Shown one piece after another: positions 28,101-37,522 of a stretch of DNA of 64,000 nt (position 1 is its first letter; every line of letters begins with the position of its first letter). The stretch comes from a virus. Position numbers and translations under genes: made by a program. The stretch lies in IMG/VR virus record IMGVR_UViG_3300020162_002681, positions 64,001 to 128,000 of that record. The stretch is one strand, 5' to 3'. Below the pieces are notes generated by a model that was not told where the DNA came from, made no database searches, and was given only the letters and a program-made list of their open reading frames with translations.

Positions 28101-30873
28101 TAGAAAGGATAATTCTTTTTTGTTCATTATCCGCAGCTTTCTCTTGTTCTTTACTTTGAGCTTGTAAGGCTTGTAGTTGGTCTTGAAAATCTTGAACTCT
28201 TTCCCGACTTCCAATACCACCCTTCTCTTCTTCACTCTTTATTTTTGCGCGAATACCTTCAAGACGTTTTTCAATTATATCTTTCTGACCTTCAAAAGAA
28301 CTCTTGACAGCTTGAACATCTTCTTCATTAAGAACAATCCCAAGTTGAATTTTCTGCTTTACAGTTTTTTCAGACTCTGTAATAGCTTTAAAATCGCCAG
28401 TCTTTATATTTGCTTGGTCAGTATTGATTTGGGAAGTTAACAGTGCTGTTGACTGGTCTATCTTCTTTTGGAATACGTCATTTTGAGCAGCATTACCATT
28501 GAGTATATTGAAACTTTGACCTAGGTTACTGATTACAGTATTGAGTACTCTCGCTTCTTCGCTCATAGCTTTTAGTTGAGAGCGAGTATCTGTAATACCT
28601 TTTACAAAGTCGTCAAGTCCTGCAACACCCTTAAGTTCCTTTAAATTCTCAGTAAGCTCCTGTACTTCGGGAATACTAGCAGCATTACTATAAGCGTTGA
28701 AAGCTGTGATACCTCCAGCTATCGCTGTGGTGGCGAGGGCAATCCCTCCTCCGACAAGACCTGTAGACAAGGCAAAACTTCCAAGCTCTTTAGCCGCACC
28801 GCCAATAACGTTACGAATTGGTGCAGTAGCTTTACCTAATTTGCTTATTGCTCCCCCTGCTTTATTAAGTAAATCATTATCGCCAGAAGCCAACCCAATA
28901 ACACCACTTACAGTACCTTTGACAGTATTCCCTACTGCTCGACCAGCACGTAGAATTTCACTGCGCTCTGTTATAGATGCAGGATTTTTAACGGGGGCAG
29001 GTTTTGTGACTACAGGAGAAGTTTGTGGTGTCTGTACTTGGGGGGAAGATATAACATCGGCAGCTACTTTTGCGGTATCACTGCCAACCTTAGCAATTTC
29101 GTCATTAACTTGAGTTACAAGCCCCTTAACTCTCTTTACTACAGCACTAGCTAGACGAACTACAGCATCTTCAATCTTTTGAGCTAAGGTCTTAACATTA
29201 ATATCCCCCTCATCAAGTTTCAATGCAGATTTAATTGTCTGACCTAAACGACCAAGATTCTTAAACAGAAAGGAGAAAAATGCAAGAGGAGCGACCACAC
29301 TGAATACGCTACCGATAAACCCAGAGACAGCTTGAAACTTATTAGCTATACCATCAAGTTGACCTGCAAATGTACCAAAACTACTGCTGCTCTTAGTCGC
29401 AAGAACACCAAGCAATGTATTGGTATCTTGGAGGTTCTTTTTGACTTCTTCCCCTACACCAGAGCCAAAATCTTCTACAGCAGCTTGAGACTTATTAAAC
29501 GAAGACCTAAATGCTCCTTCAAGAGTTTGCCCTCTTTCTTTGGAGCTTTGGGTTAATTTATCTTGACCTTGAGTAGTTCCAGCCTCCTCGATAGTGGCTC
29601 GGAAGTTCTTACGGTTTTCACCGCCAGATTGCAACAATGCGTTAGCGGCTTTGACTGCTTCGCTTGAACCAAAGACTTTATTAAGAGCATCACGACTTCC
29701 TCCAGTCGCTTTACCCAAACGTTCAATAAGTTTTACCAAACCCTCTTCTTTAAGAGCGCCAAAACCAAATTGAATAGGCTTACCAGCTTCGTCTCTTAAA
29801 GTACCAAGAGCTTCCTGAGCCTTAGAGCTATTATTGACAATTTCGTTGACAAGAGATTTAATTGCAGTAGAGCCTTCCCCTGCTGAAATACCTTGGGTAG
29901 TAACAAGAGCTAACGAGGTAGCCATTTCCTCAAAGGAAACTCCAGCAGACGCACCAGTTGAGGTTAATTCAGCCGCCTCAGCATTTAATTGGTCAAGGGT
30001 GAGAATACCTACCTTAGTCGTTGCAAAGAGCTGTGCAGCCCGTTTGTCGGCATCTCTAAAGCTGTCACCAAGATTCTTGTTTGCAGCAAGTATTTTAACA
30101 ATACCTTCGTTAGTTCCTTCCAGATTACCGAAACCAACTTCCGAAAGATTTACGGAAGCTTTACCGACACTTTTTTGAGCTGACTTAGAGTTAAAGCCAG
30201 CAGAAGCAATATCATACTGAGCATTTAAGGTTTGTGCAGAATTAGTTGCAAAGTTTGTTTCGCGTTGCAATTCTCGTAATGCTTTGATACGAGCGCCAAC
30301 CACACTCAAGGCAGACTCCTCTGACGAGGTGGTGATTGTGGCAAGTCGGAATGCTGCACTCTCTACTTTGCTGTAAGCTGCAACTGCGCCAATAGACCAT
30401 TTTTGATACGATTGGTTGTCAAAGATAATTTGACTGGCAGTACTGATACGGTTGAACGTGGTATCAGAAGTTTCTTCAAGAATTTTAATGTTGGCAGCAA
30501 ATTCTTTTGTCCCTAGAATCGCTTCACTGAAACTAATGCTTTTACTTACACCCGCAAGACTTTTTAAAGATTGCGCAGCCGCATCTATAATGCTTTTTGC
30601 ACCTTGAAGCTTACTAAAGGCACTACTAATATTTGCAATACCGAATGTGGCATTTACCGCAATAGAGCCAACCGCAGTGAGAGATGTACCTAGCTTAGCC
30701 GTTTGACTTATATTAGACGACCAAGCCCCTGATAACTTTGTAAGCCCTTTTTCAAGCTCTACAACGTTACCAAGCGTACCTTTAATATCGTCCCCAATAT
30801 TTAGAGTGCCTTTATTGATGGCATCTCTAAGCCCTAACTGAGCTGGAGTTGTATCTATTGCTGGCGCTGCCAT
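25102..30873 (-). CDS. Tail tape measure protein
   Basis: 1923 aa, A/Q/K/S-rich helical; TP901-type core GVSFEEMATSLALVTTQGISAGEGSTAIKSL; follows a chaperone pair. Confidence 0.9.
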   Translation of the reverse strand: MAAPAIDTTPAQLGLRDAINKGTLNIGDDIKGTLGNVVELEKGLTKLSGAWSSNISQTAKLGTSLTAVGSIAVNATFGIANISSAFSKLQGAKSIIDAAAQSLKSLAGVSKSISFSEAILGTKEFAANIKILEETSDTTFNRISTASQIIFDNQSYQKWSIGAVAAYSKVESAAFRLATITTSSEESALSVVGARIKALRELQRETNFATNSAQTLNAQYDIASAGFNSKSAQKSVGKASVNLSEVGFGNLEGTNEGIVKILAANKNLGDSFRDADKRAAQLFATTKVGILTLDQLNAEAAELTSTGASAGVSFEEMATSLALVTTQGISAGEGSTAIKSLVNEIVNNSSKAQEALGTLRDEAGKPIQFGFGALKEEGLVKLIERLGKATGGSRDALNKVFGSSEAVKAANALLQSGGENRKNFRATIEEAGTTQGQDKLTQSSKERGQTLEGAFRSSFNKSQAAVEDFGSGVGEEVKKNLQDTNTLLGVLATKSSSSFGTFAGQLDGIANKFQAVSGFIGSVFSVVAPLAFFSFLFKNLGRLGQTIKSALKLDEGDINVKTLAQKIEDAVVRLASAVVKRVKGLVTQVNDEIAKVGSDTAKVAADVISSPQVQTPQTSPVVTKPAPVKNPASITERSEILRAGRAVGNTVKGTVSGVIGLASGDNDLLNKAGGAISKLGKATAPIRNVIGGAAKELGSFALSTGLVGGGIALATTAIAGGITAFNAYSNAASIPEVQELTENLKELKGVAGLDDFVKGITDTRSQLKAMSEEARVLNTVISNLGQSFNILNGNAAQNDVFQKKIDQSTALLTSQINTDQANIKTGDFKAITESEKTVKQKIQLGIVLNEEDVQAVKSSFEGQKDIIEKRLEGIRAKIKSEEEKGGIGSRERVQDFQDQLQALQAQSKEQEKAADNEQKRIILSSQLRKLQSFNSAVPIAVSTSVAFNSSAKAQFNQLKETLDKVFVIDKIDISKVDPQEFSKILPKLQGVLSNITVQADIDPKGAIEGLQRLTKDVRVMQFVASDPTAQKAMDEAFKVATDKILSYNNTVTNSYTKLFSVISGAGAVGGEAIGSATKKSLQGIKGNIEALRASLAAPNISAQDYADRLSKIADLSAEAFSVKNSGQISEELGKRKQLLTFNQGLLEVQKNIVSVFAQESKFGSFSVSLAQAKLAAAEKELSVKQESLAISAREEEITKNNILEAAQAELGNRQKQLQQVLKSGNISVEDSSSSGAANTKIDLANTQAVQQVKDTAKKDQTLAEQSLQKSREATDKGLVKIDDSQITTLIEEQRTKLRNSGRVSNTAKVDKIANEKVNSIVTSNEDGKFINLRELQNLGNGQGDEATKIADLLLANTQKSESSKQSDIDSAKKRASDVVGASDQLKERVNSIDLESAKKVVQQAEQDLKFTVVANRLKQEIGALAETIARNEAAIDASFAGQQRLIDISKGIGDAFSSLGSTASSLFSASSLGSVFSNIGSKLSDRTGQVLLDANKEISKITARLNTVQVVRDRVASANADAKKSGVSNPDLEKQQKDIEKQLKTAKAEADRDLQYIKQRTILEGVNASLERFGAIAKEGADKLDKVANLANARLDLQGRREQTTLQSNQATRGFSNSVLGLFGQNNPAAQALVGRNEILGTIDKTKADKNEAGRTGEKELNTLEVQRQQLLTENLMLTNALTQTQLLGKLVEKIDPTSGIQVGDISSVNQVIGNIPKNIADAQAQTAKSLALNTDTQNVVRQETQSKIRNIDLSGQSQILEIAKNNPTAGLGSPEVFAALRNGINLSRQQPIQQIEERKPFGASFDQTQKELQGIGGNTRDTIKQQAQEYQAFLQKDAKKITNEFAAASPNKPQNPASASSQQNLSVVVNNTISLDGVKTSFSGDSLNKVGAAVGKSGDVISKAFNDFGKQFLDLSKTAFGV

Positions 30874-30917
30874 TCCTACCTACATTCTTTTCTGCCTCTG
30901 TTTATTGTACCATCAGG

Positions 30918-31370
30918 CTAATTGAAAAACTCAAAGCTGTATTTCTTGATACCTCTTAATGTCTTTTTCTGTTCAAGTCCTCGCCAAGAGAAAGGTTTGT
31001 CGGACACTTCATCCAACAGCTCGTTGAATTTTTCATTCTTCAATTCTTGGATTTTAATATCGGGAGAACGTGCAGATTCGCGCTTAAGGGCTAAAAGTGT
31101 GCGAATTTCCCAGTAATCGAGAGTTCTCCACAACTCCAAAGCATTCTCTGGATATGCAGAGAGAAGGCAGTCGAGTATAATATCGCTGCCCTCAAATTCT
31201 ACAGGGTCTTGAAACTGAGGGAAATACGGTTCGGTTAGTTTGCTTCTGTTTTTGGTTTTGACGCTTCCACCAGAGTCTCCAGTTCCTTCTCTCTGTCCAG
31301 AAGAATCTTGCCTTGACTCAATCTCCACTGATGCCAGTGAATTTGGAGTTGAGACTGGAAGGGCAAAAAA
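30918..31370 (-). CDS. Tail assembly chaperone, -1 frameshift extension (gpGT-like)
   Basis: The -1 frame opens just before T TTT TTG (31370-31364) and runs to TAG 30918; ALELWRTLDYWEI segment. Confidence 0.6.
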   Translation of the reverse strand, partial: FFALPVSTPNSLASVEIESRQDSSGQREGTGDSGGSVKTKNRSKLTEPYFPQFQDPVEFEGSDIILDCLLSAYPENALELWRTLDYWEIRTLLALKRESARSPDIKIQELKNEKFNELLDEVSDKPFSWRGLEQKKTLRGIKKYSFEFFN

Positions 31371-31765
31371 TGTAATTTACTTACCTCTGGTTCGGTAGCA
31401 CCTTCTACATATGCGCGAGTTTTTTCGTCAATTGAACCGTTAAAAATTAGCTTAACAAGTTGCTCCCAATTGTCTTTGATGTCTTCATAATCTAAATAAA
31501 CATCATTGTTGTCTGCATCTTTTTTACCTTGTACTGGAAGTAGCCCCACATATTCTCTGATAAGCTCTACTACATCGTCCTCTACAAAAAGTTCAGCAAT
31601 AGCACCATTGGATTGTACATACTTGCCAGTCAATTCACTTTGTAATTCAATAAGCCGTTTCAAATTGCTTTGAGGTGTACGTTTAACTCGGCATTTAGTT
31701 CCATCATCTAGAACGACTTCGAGGGTTTGGTAAGATGGTTTGCTTGATACTGATGAGGCTGCCAT
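31235..31765 (-). CDS. Tail assembly chaperone (gpG-like)
   Basis: Upstream of the tape measure with an overlapping -1 ORF and slippery heptamer in the HFL codons. Confidence 0.65.
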   Translation of the reverse strand: MAASSVSSKPSYQTLEVVLDDGTKCRVKRTPQSNLKRLIELQSELTGKYVQSNGAIAELFVEDDVVELIREYVGLLPVQGKKDADNNDVYLDYEDIKDNWEQLVKLIFNGSIDEKTRAYVEGATEPEVSKLHFLPFQSQLQIHWHQWRLSQGKILLDREKELETLVEASKPKTEAN

Positions 31766-32141
31766 AGAATTGTCCTAGTTCTGTTTTTTCGTTGAGTAAA
31801 GTATTGTTTTGTAAAATCAAGTCTGGCTGGAAGCTGTATATTCCTTTATAGCCATAAGACTCATTTCGAGGCTCTTCAGTCTGATGCACAGACCTTAGAA
31901 AGAAGGTTTCTATTTTTCCGTCAAAAGATATAACGTAGAAAAATAAGTCAAATATGTAGTCCAATACGAGTGGACTTTCGTAGTAACTACTATAGCATAG
32001 CTCTATGGTGCTATTTTTCTTGAAGTCAGACTCGATAATTACACTGTAAGGTGAAGGAAATGTAAAAAAATTGCCATCAATATCTCTAATAAAGAGGCTA
32101 CTGATGGCAAAGTATTTAGTTCCAAGGCATTCGATAGCCAT
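31704..32141 (-). CDS. Hypothetical protein
   Basis: 145-aa ORF in the tail operon. Confidence 0.45.
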   Translation of the reverse strand: MAIECLGTKYFAISSLFIRDIDGNFFTFPSPYSVIIESDFKKNSTIELCYSSYYESPLVLDYIFDLFFYVISFDGKIETFFLRSVHQTEEPRNESYGYKGIYSFQPDLILQNNTLLNEKTELGQFYGSLISIKQTILPNPRSRSR

Positions 32142-32147
32142 GCATTA

Positions 32148-32999
32148 TTATACGCCAGTTGGAGCAGCTACACCAGCAAGAGTGCGGTAGGTGTCGAGGT
32201 CAGTTTCATAACGACCGATGTTGTTGTAGGTCAGGCTGTCGTATACCAAGCCGTTAAATCCCTCAGTACTACCCTTAACTTGAGAACCGTTAAGTGCTGT
32301 AGTGTCAATGGTAATAACTGCTTTGGCAGTTGTCAAGCTATCGACTGGAGTTACTTTCAATACGGTGAATACTCCATCAATTGCGCCACCCTTGATAGTA
32401 ACGTTGCCAGCAACACCAGTAGTTGCTACCGTAGAGTCGAAATCAACTTCGTTAGGGTTAGAGGTTGCTGTGCTCTTGCGAACGGCTGTGACACGAATTT
32501 TAGGGGTAATGGTGAGGTCAGCAATCTTACTTTCCGTAAGTGTTTTGTCAACGTAAATTTTCCTAGCTACATAATCAATCTTAGTAACAATTGTACTAGC
32601 TGGGATGCCAGTACCCGCAGAAGCTACTGTAATTGCGTCACCAGATTTCACACCAAGGTTGGTGCTGTTATAAGTTTCGTCGAAGGTAATCTCTTTCAGT
32701 CCAGAAGCGAGGTAAGCGTCAGCAACAGTAACGTTGCTCTTTGCGGTCAGCGAACCAGTAGCAACCGCAGTAATAAAATCGCCTACACGAACACCATCAA
32801 ATGCACCAGCAACTTCAGCCTTCAGCTTGGATTGAGTAGCGATAGGGATGACCGACGCAGTGATGTCAGCTTGAGCAAGAGCGATAGTGATAGGGATGTA
32901 CTCAGAATCACCAATTGTCTTAATTGGGTTAGTACCGAAGTCTAGAGTTGTGAGAACTTTAGGGTTAGCTACGCCCAAAGCAATTTGAATATTTGACAT
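32148..32999 (-). CDS. Abundant tail structural protein (possible major tail protein)
   Basis: 283 aa T/A/V/G-rich; own TATACTTA promoter; lies between neck genes and chaperones. Confidence 0.5.
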   Translation of the reverse strand: MSNIQIALGVANPKVLTTLDFGTNPIKTIGDSEYIPITIALAQADITASVIPIATQSKLKAEVAGAFDGVRVGDFITAVATGSLTAKSNVTVADAYLASGLKEITFDETYNSTNLGVKSGDAITVASAGTGIPASTIVTKIDYVARKIYVDKTLTESKIADLTITPKIRVTAVRKSTATSNPNEVDFDSTVATTGVAGNVTIKGGAIDGVFTVLKVTPVDSLTTAKAVITIDTTALNGSQVKGSTEGFNGLVYDSLTYNNIGRYETDLDTYRTLAGVAAPTGV

Positions 33000-33047
33000 T
33001 TAGTTTTTGTTCTTATCGATAAGATTTACTTTAAGTATACCATTTGC

Positions 33048-33539
33048 TTAATAGGCAAACACAGCGCAATTAATTTTAGCGTAATCGTATACAAGGTCAG
33101 TAGTTGTAGATGATTCATATTTGATAGTGATACCTTTCTCTTTGTCGATAGTAAAAGGTATAACATCGTCAACTTCACTATTTTGAAGAATGCGCTTAAT
33201 TTCTTTAGCTACATGAAAAGTTAGTCCTGATGCTGTATCTTTGGCACTGTAGGCTAACACATAAGCGATAGTGAGACTGACTATATCTCCATTACCAATT
33301 TGAAATAGAGAAGATTCCTCATTTCTAAATATCTTCAAAAGGGGGTAGATATTCGTCCCTAGAGGCAGTTTATTAGTATTGTCTACTGTGTAACTAGAGA
33401 TAGCTTTCTTGCCACCTAGAGCCGTATTAAACGTAATGTTGACTTCATTACGGATATAAGCTGCAATAGTTTGTAAATCTACATCAGGGAATTTATAGTT
33501 AGCTACATAGTTGGGGCGCTCAATAAACATAATTACCAA
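33048..33539 (-). CDS. Putative tail terminator/neck protein
   Basis: YPLLKIF beta pattern, size and position after the head-tail connector. Confidence 0.5.
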   Translation of the reverse strand: MVIMFIERPNYVANYKFPDVDLQTIAAYIRNEVNITFNTALGGKKAISSYTVDNTNKLPLGTNIYPLLKIFRNEESSLFQIGNGDIVSLTIAYVLAYSAKDTASGLTFHVAKEIKRILQNSEVDDVIPFTIDKEKGITIKYESSTTTDLVYDYAKINCAVFAY

Positions 33540-34231
33540 AAGCTCACTGTATCTTGGTTACGCATATCAGCAGAGTAGTATGGGTAGCGCGTTCGTCTTG
33601 TTTGTACATTATTTCTGATAAATTCACCATCCATGCCGCCCACTGACTCACTAAAATCATCCGCACAGTAAAAGCTAGGTTCTATACTATTTCGTTTGAA
33701 AATATCTGTGTCGCCGTTACCATCATTGTTATAGTCATAACCAATGTAGTCCTTAAGAACTTCACCAGCAAGTACAATATTTTTATTAGCTAGTTGAGGT
33801 GCGTTGGCATCATTCTGAATAGCTTGTAGACTAGCATTTGCACCAGCTACAAAGATGCCTGTACCAGCAAATAGCGATTGCAAGCGGTCTAAGCCACGTT
33901 GTAGAGTTACCTGACTAAATCCATCGTTATTGGCATCTCCATCGGTTTGACGCGGAAATTTGAAATCGACGATTTTGGCAATAGCTAGGTCTTCAGCAAT
34001 CATCTTCAGATAGTTGACCGTAGATGCTTCTGTAAGCTTTAGAGGAAATTCATAGAGCATTTGAAGGTGAGTATCCATATCTCCAATTTCTACTTCCTCT
34101 ACAAGCATTTCTACAGTAGCTTCATCGATTTCTTGAGTAGCAATTCCTGTGATGCCAGAGGTCTCTTGTTCTACAACTTCGAGACGACCTTTGAGTTTGC
34201 GTGTGAGTGAAACTAGATTTGCGTATTTCAT
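33533..34231 (-). CDS. Head-tail connector (Mu gp36/DUF1320-like)
   Basis: MKYA start; DTHLQMLYEFPL...LKMIAEDLAIAKI matches the gp36 pattern. Confidence 0.7.
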   Translation of the reverse strand: MKYANLVSLTRKLKGRLEVVEQETSGITGIATQEIDEATVEMLVEEVEIGDMDTHLQMLYEFPLKLTEASTVNYLKMIAEDLAIAKIVDFKFPRQTDGDANNDGFSQVTLQRGLDRLQSLFAGTGIFVAGANASLQAIQNDANAPQLANKNIVLAGEVLKDYIGYDYNNDGNGDTDIFKRNSIEPSFYCADDFSESVGGMDGEFIRNNVQTRRTRYPYYSADMRNQDTVSFW

Positions 34232-34765
34232 TTAACCGTACAGTAATTTTCCAGCGTAGGGTAGATAACCTTGACGAATTGCAGACTTACCTTCCCTAAA
34301 GGTGTCTAACTTGGCTCGATAGTTAGCACGTTGGTTAGCACTCTCACGGATTTTATTCTTGGCTTCCACTTCTTGCTGACGATGGATTGCTTCGTTAATC
34401 TGTTGGTCAGACATTTCCGCTAGTTCGTCGTCAGGAATGTCGTCGATGCTGTAGTATCTTTGACGACCTGTTAGGTTGAGAAATTCGGCTACTCCGCTAC
34501 GCTCCGAGGCAGAAAAAAGAATTGAGGGCTTGCCAGAACTGAAAGAAGTGATGTCGGTATTCATGAATGCGAATGTCATGTTTTTGCCCATACCTTCTGA
34601 GATAACACCTTTGCGGCGTTTTACGACTGGCGCTGTGAAACCACCGCTTTTCTTGTTGGTTGCGTTGGGACGAGACTGGGGCAACCGTTCACCGAACATC
34701 GGTTTCATTGCCCCTTGCTTCATCTTGTTGGGTAGCGAGTTAGTTGGAAGTTGATTGGTTAGCAT
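34232..34765 (-). CDS. Hypothetical protein with internal VAEF motif (possible head cargo)
   Basis: Disordered basic N-half, SGVAEF, then helical C-half. Confidence 0.55.
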   Translation of the reverse strand: MLTNQLPTNSLPNKMKQGAMKPMFGERLPQSRPNATNKKSGGFTAPVVKRRKGVISEGMGKNMTFAFMNTDITSFSSGKPSILFSASERSGVAEFLNLTGRQRYYSIDDIPDDELAEMSDQQINEAIHRQQEVEAKNKIRESANQRANYRAKLDTFREGKSAIRQGYLPYAGKLLYG

Positions 34766-35273
34766 TGATATTCTCTGCGGTGTAGCCGAATGTCTTTAAG
34801 CCTTCATAAACTAGACCTACTGTGGGGTCGGGTAGTTCAAAGTCGATAACGGCGATGTCTTCCCATTTCTTGCTTTTAAGTGGGGAAATTTTGTCTAGTT
34901 GACTGTATGATTCAATCTTAGCATCTTTACGATATTCGACAATTTTTTGGGTTGCTACTTTTCCTACGAACTTAAGAGCTTCGATTTCGGATGCGGCGCA
35001 AGAGTTAATCTTCAGCTTTTTGACACTGGCGATGACTGGAACGTTTTGGAACGAGACATCGTTGCTGGAGACGAAGTTGATGTCAGGTGCTGCGGTTGTG
35101 GGTTGGATGGACTGGAAGTCTGAGGCATTCACTAAGATTGCAGTGGACTTAGCTCTAGCTTCTGCAATGTCGATTTCATATTCTTTATACTCACCTGCTA
35201 AGACAGTGTGACCATCTGAGTTGATGTACGCAGGGAAGATGCGGTAGATGCGTGGAGGTGTTTTTTGGGTCAT
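34740..35273 (-). CDS. Helix-hairpin-helix (ComEA-like) DNA-binding protein
   Basis: LKINSCAASEIEALKFVGKVATQKIVEYRK...YSQLDKI; likely start MTQKTPP at 35273 with a TATACTTA motif upstream. Confidence 0.75.
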   Translation of the reverse strand: MTQKTPPRIYRIFPAYINSDGHTVLAGEYKEYEIDIAEARAKSTAILVNASDFQSIQPTTAAPDINFVSSNDVSFQNVPVIASVKKLKINSCAASEIEALKFVGKVATQKIVEYRKDAKIESYSQLDKISPLKSKKWEDIAVIDFELPDPTVGLVYEGLKTFGYTAENINANQSTSN

Positions 35274-35295
35274 TTTTGTATAAGTATAGATGTAT

Positions 35296-36112
35296 CTATG
35301 ATAGCAGAGATTGGAGAGCTTCTTGCCTAGCGGTATAAGCAAGTTCTGGTGTATCAAACGTACCAATATAGATTTTTTGTTTGTTTACGACTAATCGAGC
35401 TTCATACTTGTCGTATTTACCTTTTTTATACACACCAGACGGTAGCTTTCGGGATTTTTTGGGGCTGGTCAGTTGAGCCTTATCTAATTCTTCTTTTACA
35501 GAGCTATCTTTGTCCCAGTAAAATTTTTCAGCTAAGATTCTAACATAACAAGCTTCTTTCTCTGTTTCGTAAGACCCCAGATAGATTGATTTTTTTATTT
35601 ACCTTAATACTTGTTTCCCACCTTGCACCTTCGGATTTCCTATAGGCACTATCTCCCCTCTTTCTTCTCGATTCTATCATAAGCGTCTTATTTTCTTCTG
35701 AATGAGTTTTTCCGTAAAAGGGATTATTCTTACCTAATGTTTGCTGTTTCTTTTTTATTTTTCTGTGAGGCTCATCTTCAGATATTTTACCAAAAGCTCT
35801 AGTAGACCTAGTTTGGTTGTAGCAAAGTTTCCAATCTGTAATTGAATCTAGGTAAGTTTGTTCAATATCTAATAAATCCTCATTGCTCTTATTTTCACAA
35901 TTTTCTAAAACTTCTATATTAAAAATAGAATCCCCATGCAGATTGAAAACTCTTTGTAAATGCTTATTATTGTGTGTCTGCTTCCTTAATTTGTAAAAAT
36001 GCTCCCTAATCCTAATTCTAATGTTTTGGCTACTGCCAATGTAGAAGAATTTAGAGTCTGTATTGGTTATTTTGTAAATACCTTTAATATTAGGTATATT
36101 GTTTAAATCCAT
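35296..36112 (-). pseudogene. GIY-YIG-NUMOD3-AP2x2 homing endonuclease split by a frameshift in an A7 run (35590-35596)
   Basis: GIYKITN...FYIGSS N-domain; removing one A restores KVNKKSIYLGSYETEKEA... and a second AP2 ...YIGTFDTPELAYTAR to TAG 35296. Confidence 0.85.
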
Positions 36113-36120
36113 AATTTTTT

Positions 36121-36192
36121 TACTGGTTAATCTGGAAAATTAAAAAGTGGCAGGGTTCCAGAAACCTTTTCCCGTAGCTATCGGTATCCACA
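36121..36192 (-). ncRNA. Structured leader upstream of the GIY-YIG gene (possible pseudoknot or antisense switch)
   Basis: Minus strand GTGG[CCG-ATAGCTA-CGG][GGTT-TCTGG-AACC]CCAC, then TCCAGA and ACCAGT complementary to the TCTGG loop, just before the ATG. Confidence 0.45.
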
Positions 36193-36207
36193 TACCTATA
36201 ATAACAA

Positions 36208-36244
36208 AAATCCCTCAACCAACAATCTGTCGGAAGAGGGATTT
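36208..36244 (-). terminator. Rho-independent terminator after the major capsid gene
   Basis: AAATCCCTC/GAGGGATTT stem with inner stem, followed by TTGTT on the minus strand. Confidence 0.7.
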
Positions 36245-36268
36245 AATTTTTGATTATCTCAACTAAGA

Positions 36269-37504
36269 TTAGGAGATGATTGTTTGACCCCTAGAACTAT
36301 CGAAAGTCAGGAAGTCTGCAAGAGAAATAGACGACGCAATATTTACATTTTTTGCAACCTTACGTGCCATTCCGCATTTCGCGATAGTCGGACACGCTAT
36401 GAGCTGCATCGAGACCGACTCAGAAATATCTAAAATTGGGGTCTTAGACCATGTTCTTTGGAAAATTCCTGCCCGTTGATTGTTCTCGATAGTTCCGCCA
36501 AGAATACGGTTAAATTGTCCTTGACGAGACAAGAATACAACAGTACCTTCATCCAACAAACGAGTCGGTGCTGAAGCGCCATTCGCATCACTAAGCTCAA
36601 CTTGTCCATCTTCAAGAACAAACTTAGGCAAGAAACGACGACTCATTACTTCGTTAAGTTGGTCAATAGAAGGTGTGCCAGTGATTACGTTACCAATAAC
36701 GTTAGCAGCAACTACAGCTTCTTTAACAGACTTACAACGAGCAATATTCAAAAGCAAGCGCTCAGAGATTGCAATTTCGTCAGCAGGGAAACCATTAGTG
36801 TACTTGTACTGAGTGTGCATATCTGCAAGGTCTTGCAGAGGGTCAGCAGTTTCGTGCTGAGTCCAATCACGCTTCAATGAGTCAACAGTTTCAGTCCCAG
36901 CAAAGTCGGTTTGGTAGATTGGAAATGGAAAGTGGTTGGCGCGAATGCCGATTGCCTTTGTCCAGTCCAAGTCTGCGCGTAGACCTGTACGTTGGTCAGT
37001 GTACTGCATCTTACCAGTCTGCAATGTCTGCCAAGCCAAGTAGTCGATAAGGTTAATGTGACCGCGAACAAGCGAAGCAAGAGTACCAAAGATATTCTTG
37101 GCGAGTTCGTTATCTTGACCGAGTTGAACCTTACCTTCCGAAACTTGAATGTTCTGAATGGTGATGTTGCGAATCTTAGCAAGCTCAGAAACCTCAGCCA
37201 TTCTCCATTGGGTATCTTCATCCCAGTGGTAAGCAATCGCAGCTTTGTAGTTACGAGCTTGAATTTTGCTGAAGTCTCCTTTTTTAGCTTCAGGATAATC
37301 TTGTCCTGTAGCTACGAGAGACGCAATGGGGTCAACAGTTGTCGAGATGTAAGCAAGCCAGTCACGACCAGTCTTCTCAACCAAAGGAACGTAAGTATTG
37401 AGAACCTTAGAGCGTTCCTTCAACTGACGGAGGGTGTTGTTTACAACGAGGTCGGCAGCTTTAGCAGCGCGTCCTTCTTTTAAGAAATTTTCAATGTATG
37501 CCAT
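36269..37504 (-). CDS. Major capsid protein (lambda gpE-like family, HK97 fold)
   Basis: 411 aa; YLAWQTLQTGKMQY, W...ADPLQDL and EGTVVFL motifs; order protease-scaffold-decoration-MCP. Confidence 0.88.
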   Translation of the reverse strand: MAYIENFLKEGRAAKAADLVVNNTLRQLKERSKVLNTYVPLVEKTGRDWLAYISTTVDPIASLVATGQDYPEAKKGDFSKIQARNYKAAIAYHWDEDTQWRMAEVSELAKIRNITIQNIQVSEGKVQLGQDNELAKNIFGTLASLVRGHINLIDYLAWQTLQTGKMQYTDQRTGLRADLDWTKAIGIRANHFPFPIYQTDFAGTETVDSLKRDWTQHETADPLQDLADMHTQYKYTNGFPADEIAISERLLLNIARCKSVKEAVVAANVIGNVITGTPSIDQLNEVMSRRFLPKFVLEDGQVELSDANGASAPTRLLDEGTVVFLSRQGQFNRILGGTIENNQRAGIFQRTWSKTPILDISESVSMQLIACPTIAKCGMARKVAKNVNIASSISLADFLTFDSSRGQTIIS

Positions 37505-37522
37505 TTTTTGTATTATTCTCCG

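Noticed and set aside
26108-32945. Plus-strand ORFs antisense to the tape measure and tail genes (for example 26891..27430, 32280..32945)
   Set aside because: Antisense shadows produced by codon bias in long genes
20909-34231. Contractile tail (sheath, baseplate J)
   Set aside because: No sheath or baseplate-wedge motifs recognised in the window despite Mu-like head proteins
6068-36112. Group I introns carrying the GIY-YIG or HNH genes
   Set aside because: Flanking portal, MCP and tRNA genes look complete and uninterrupted, and no intron core was recognised; treated as free-standing
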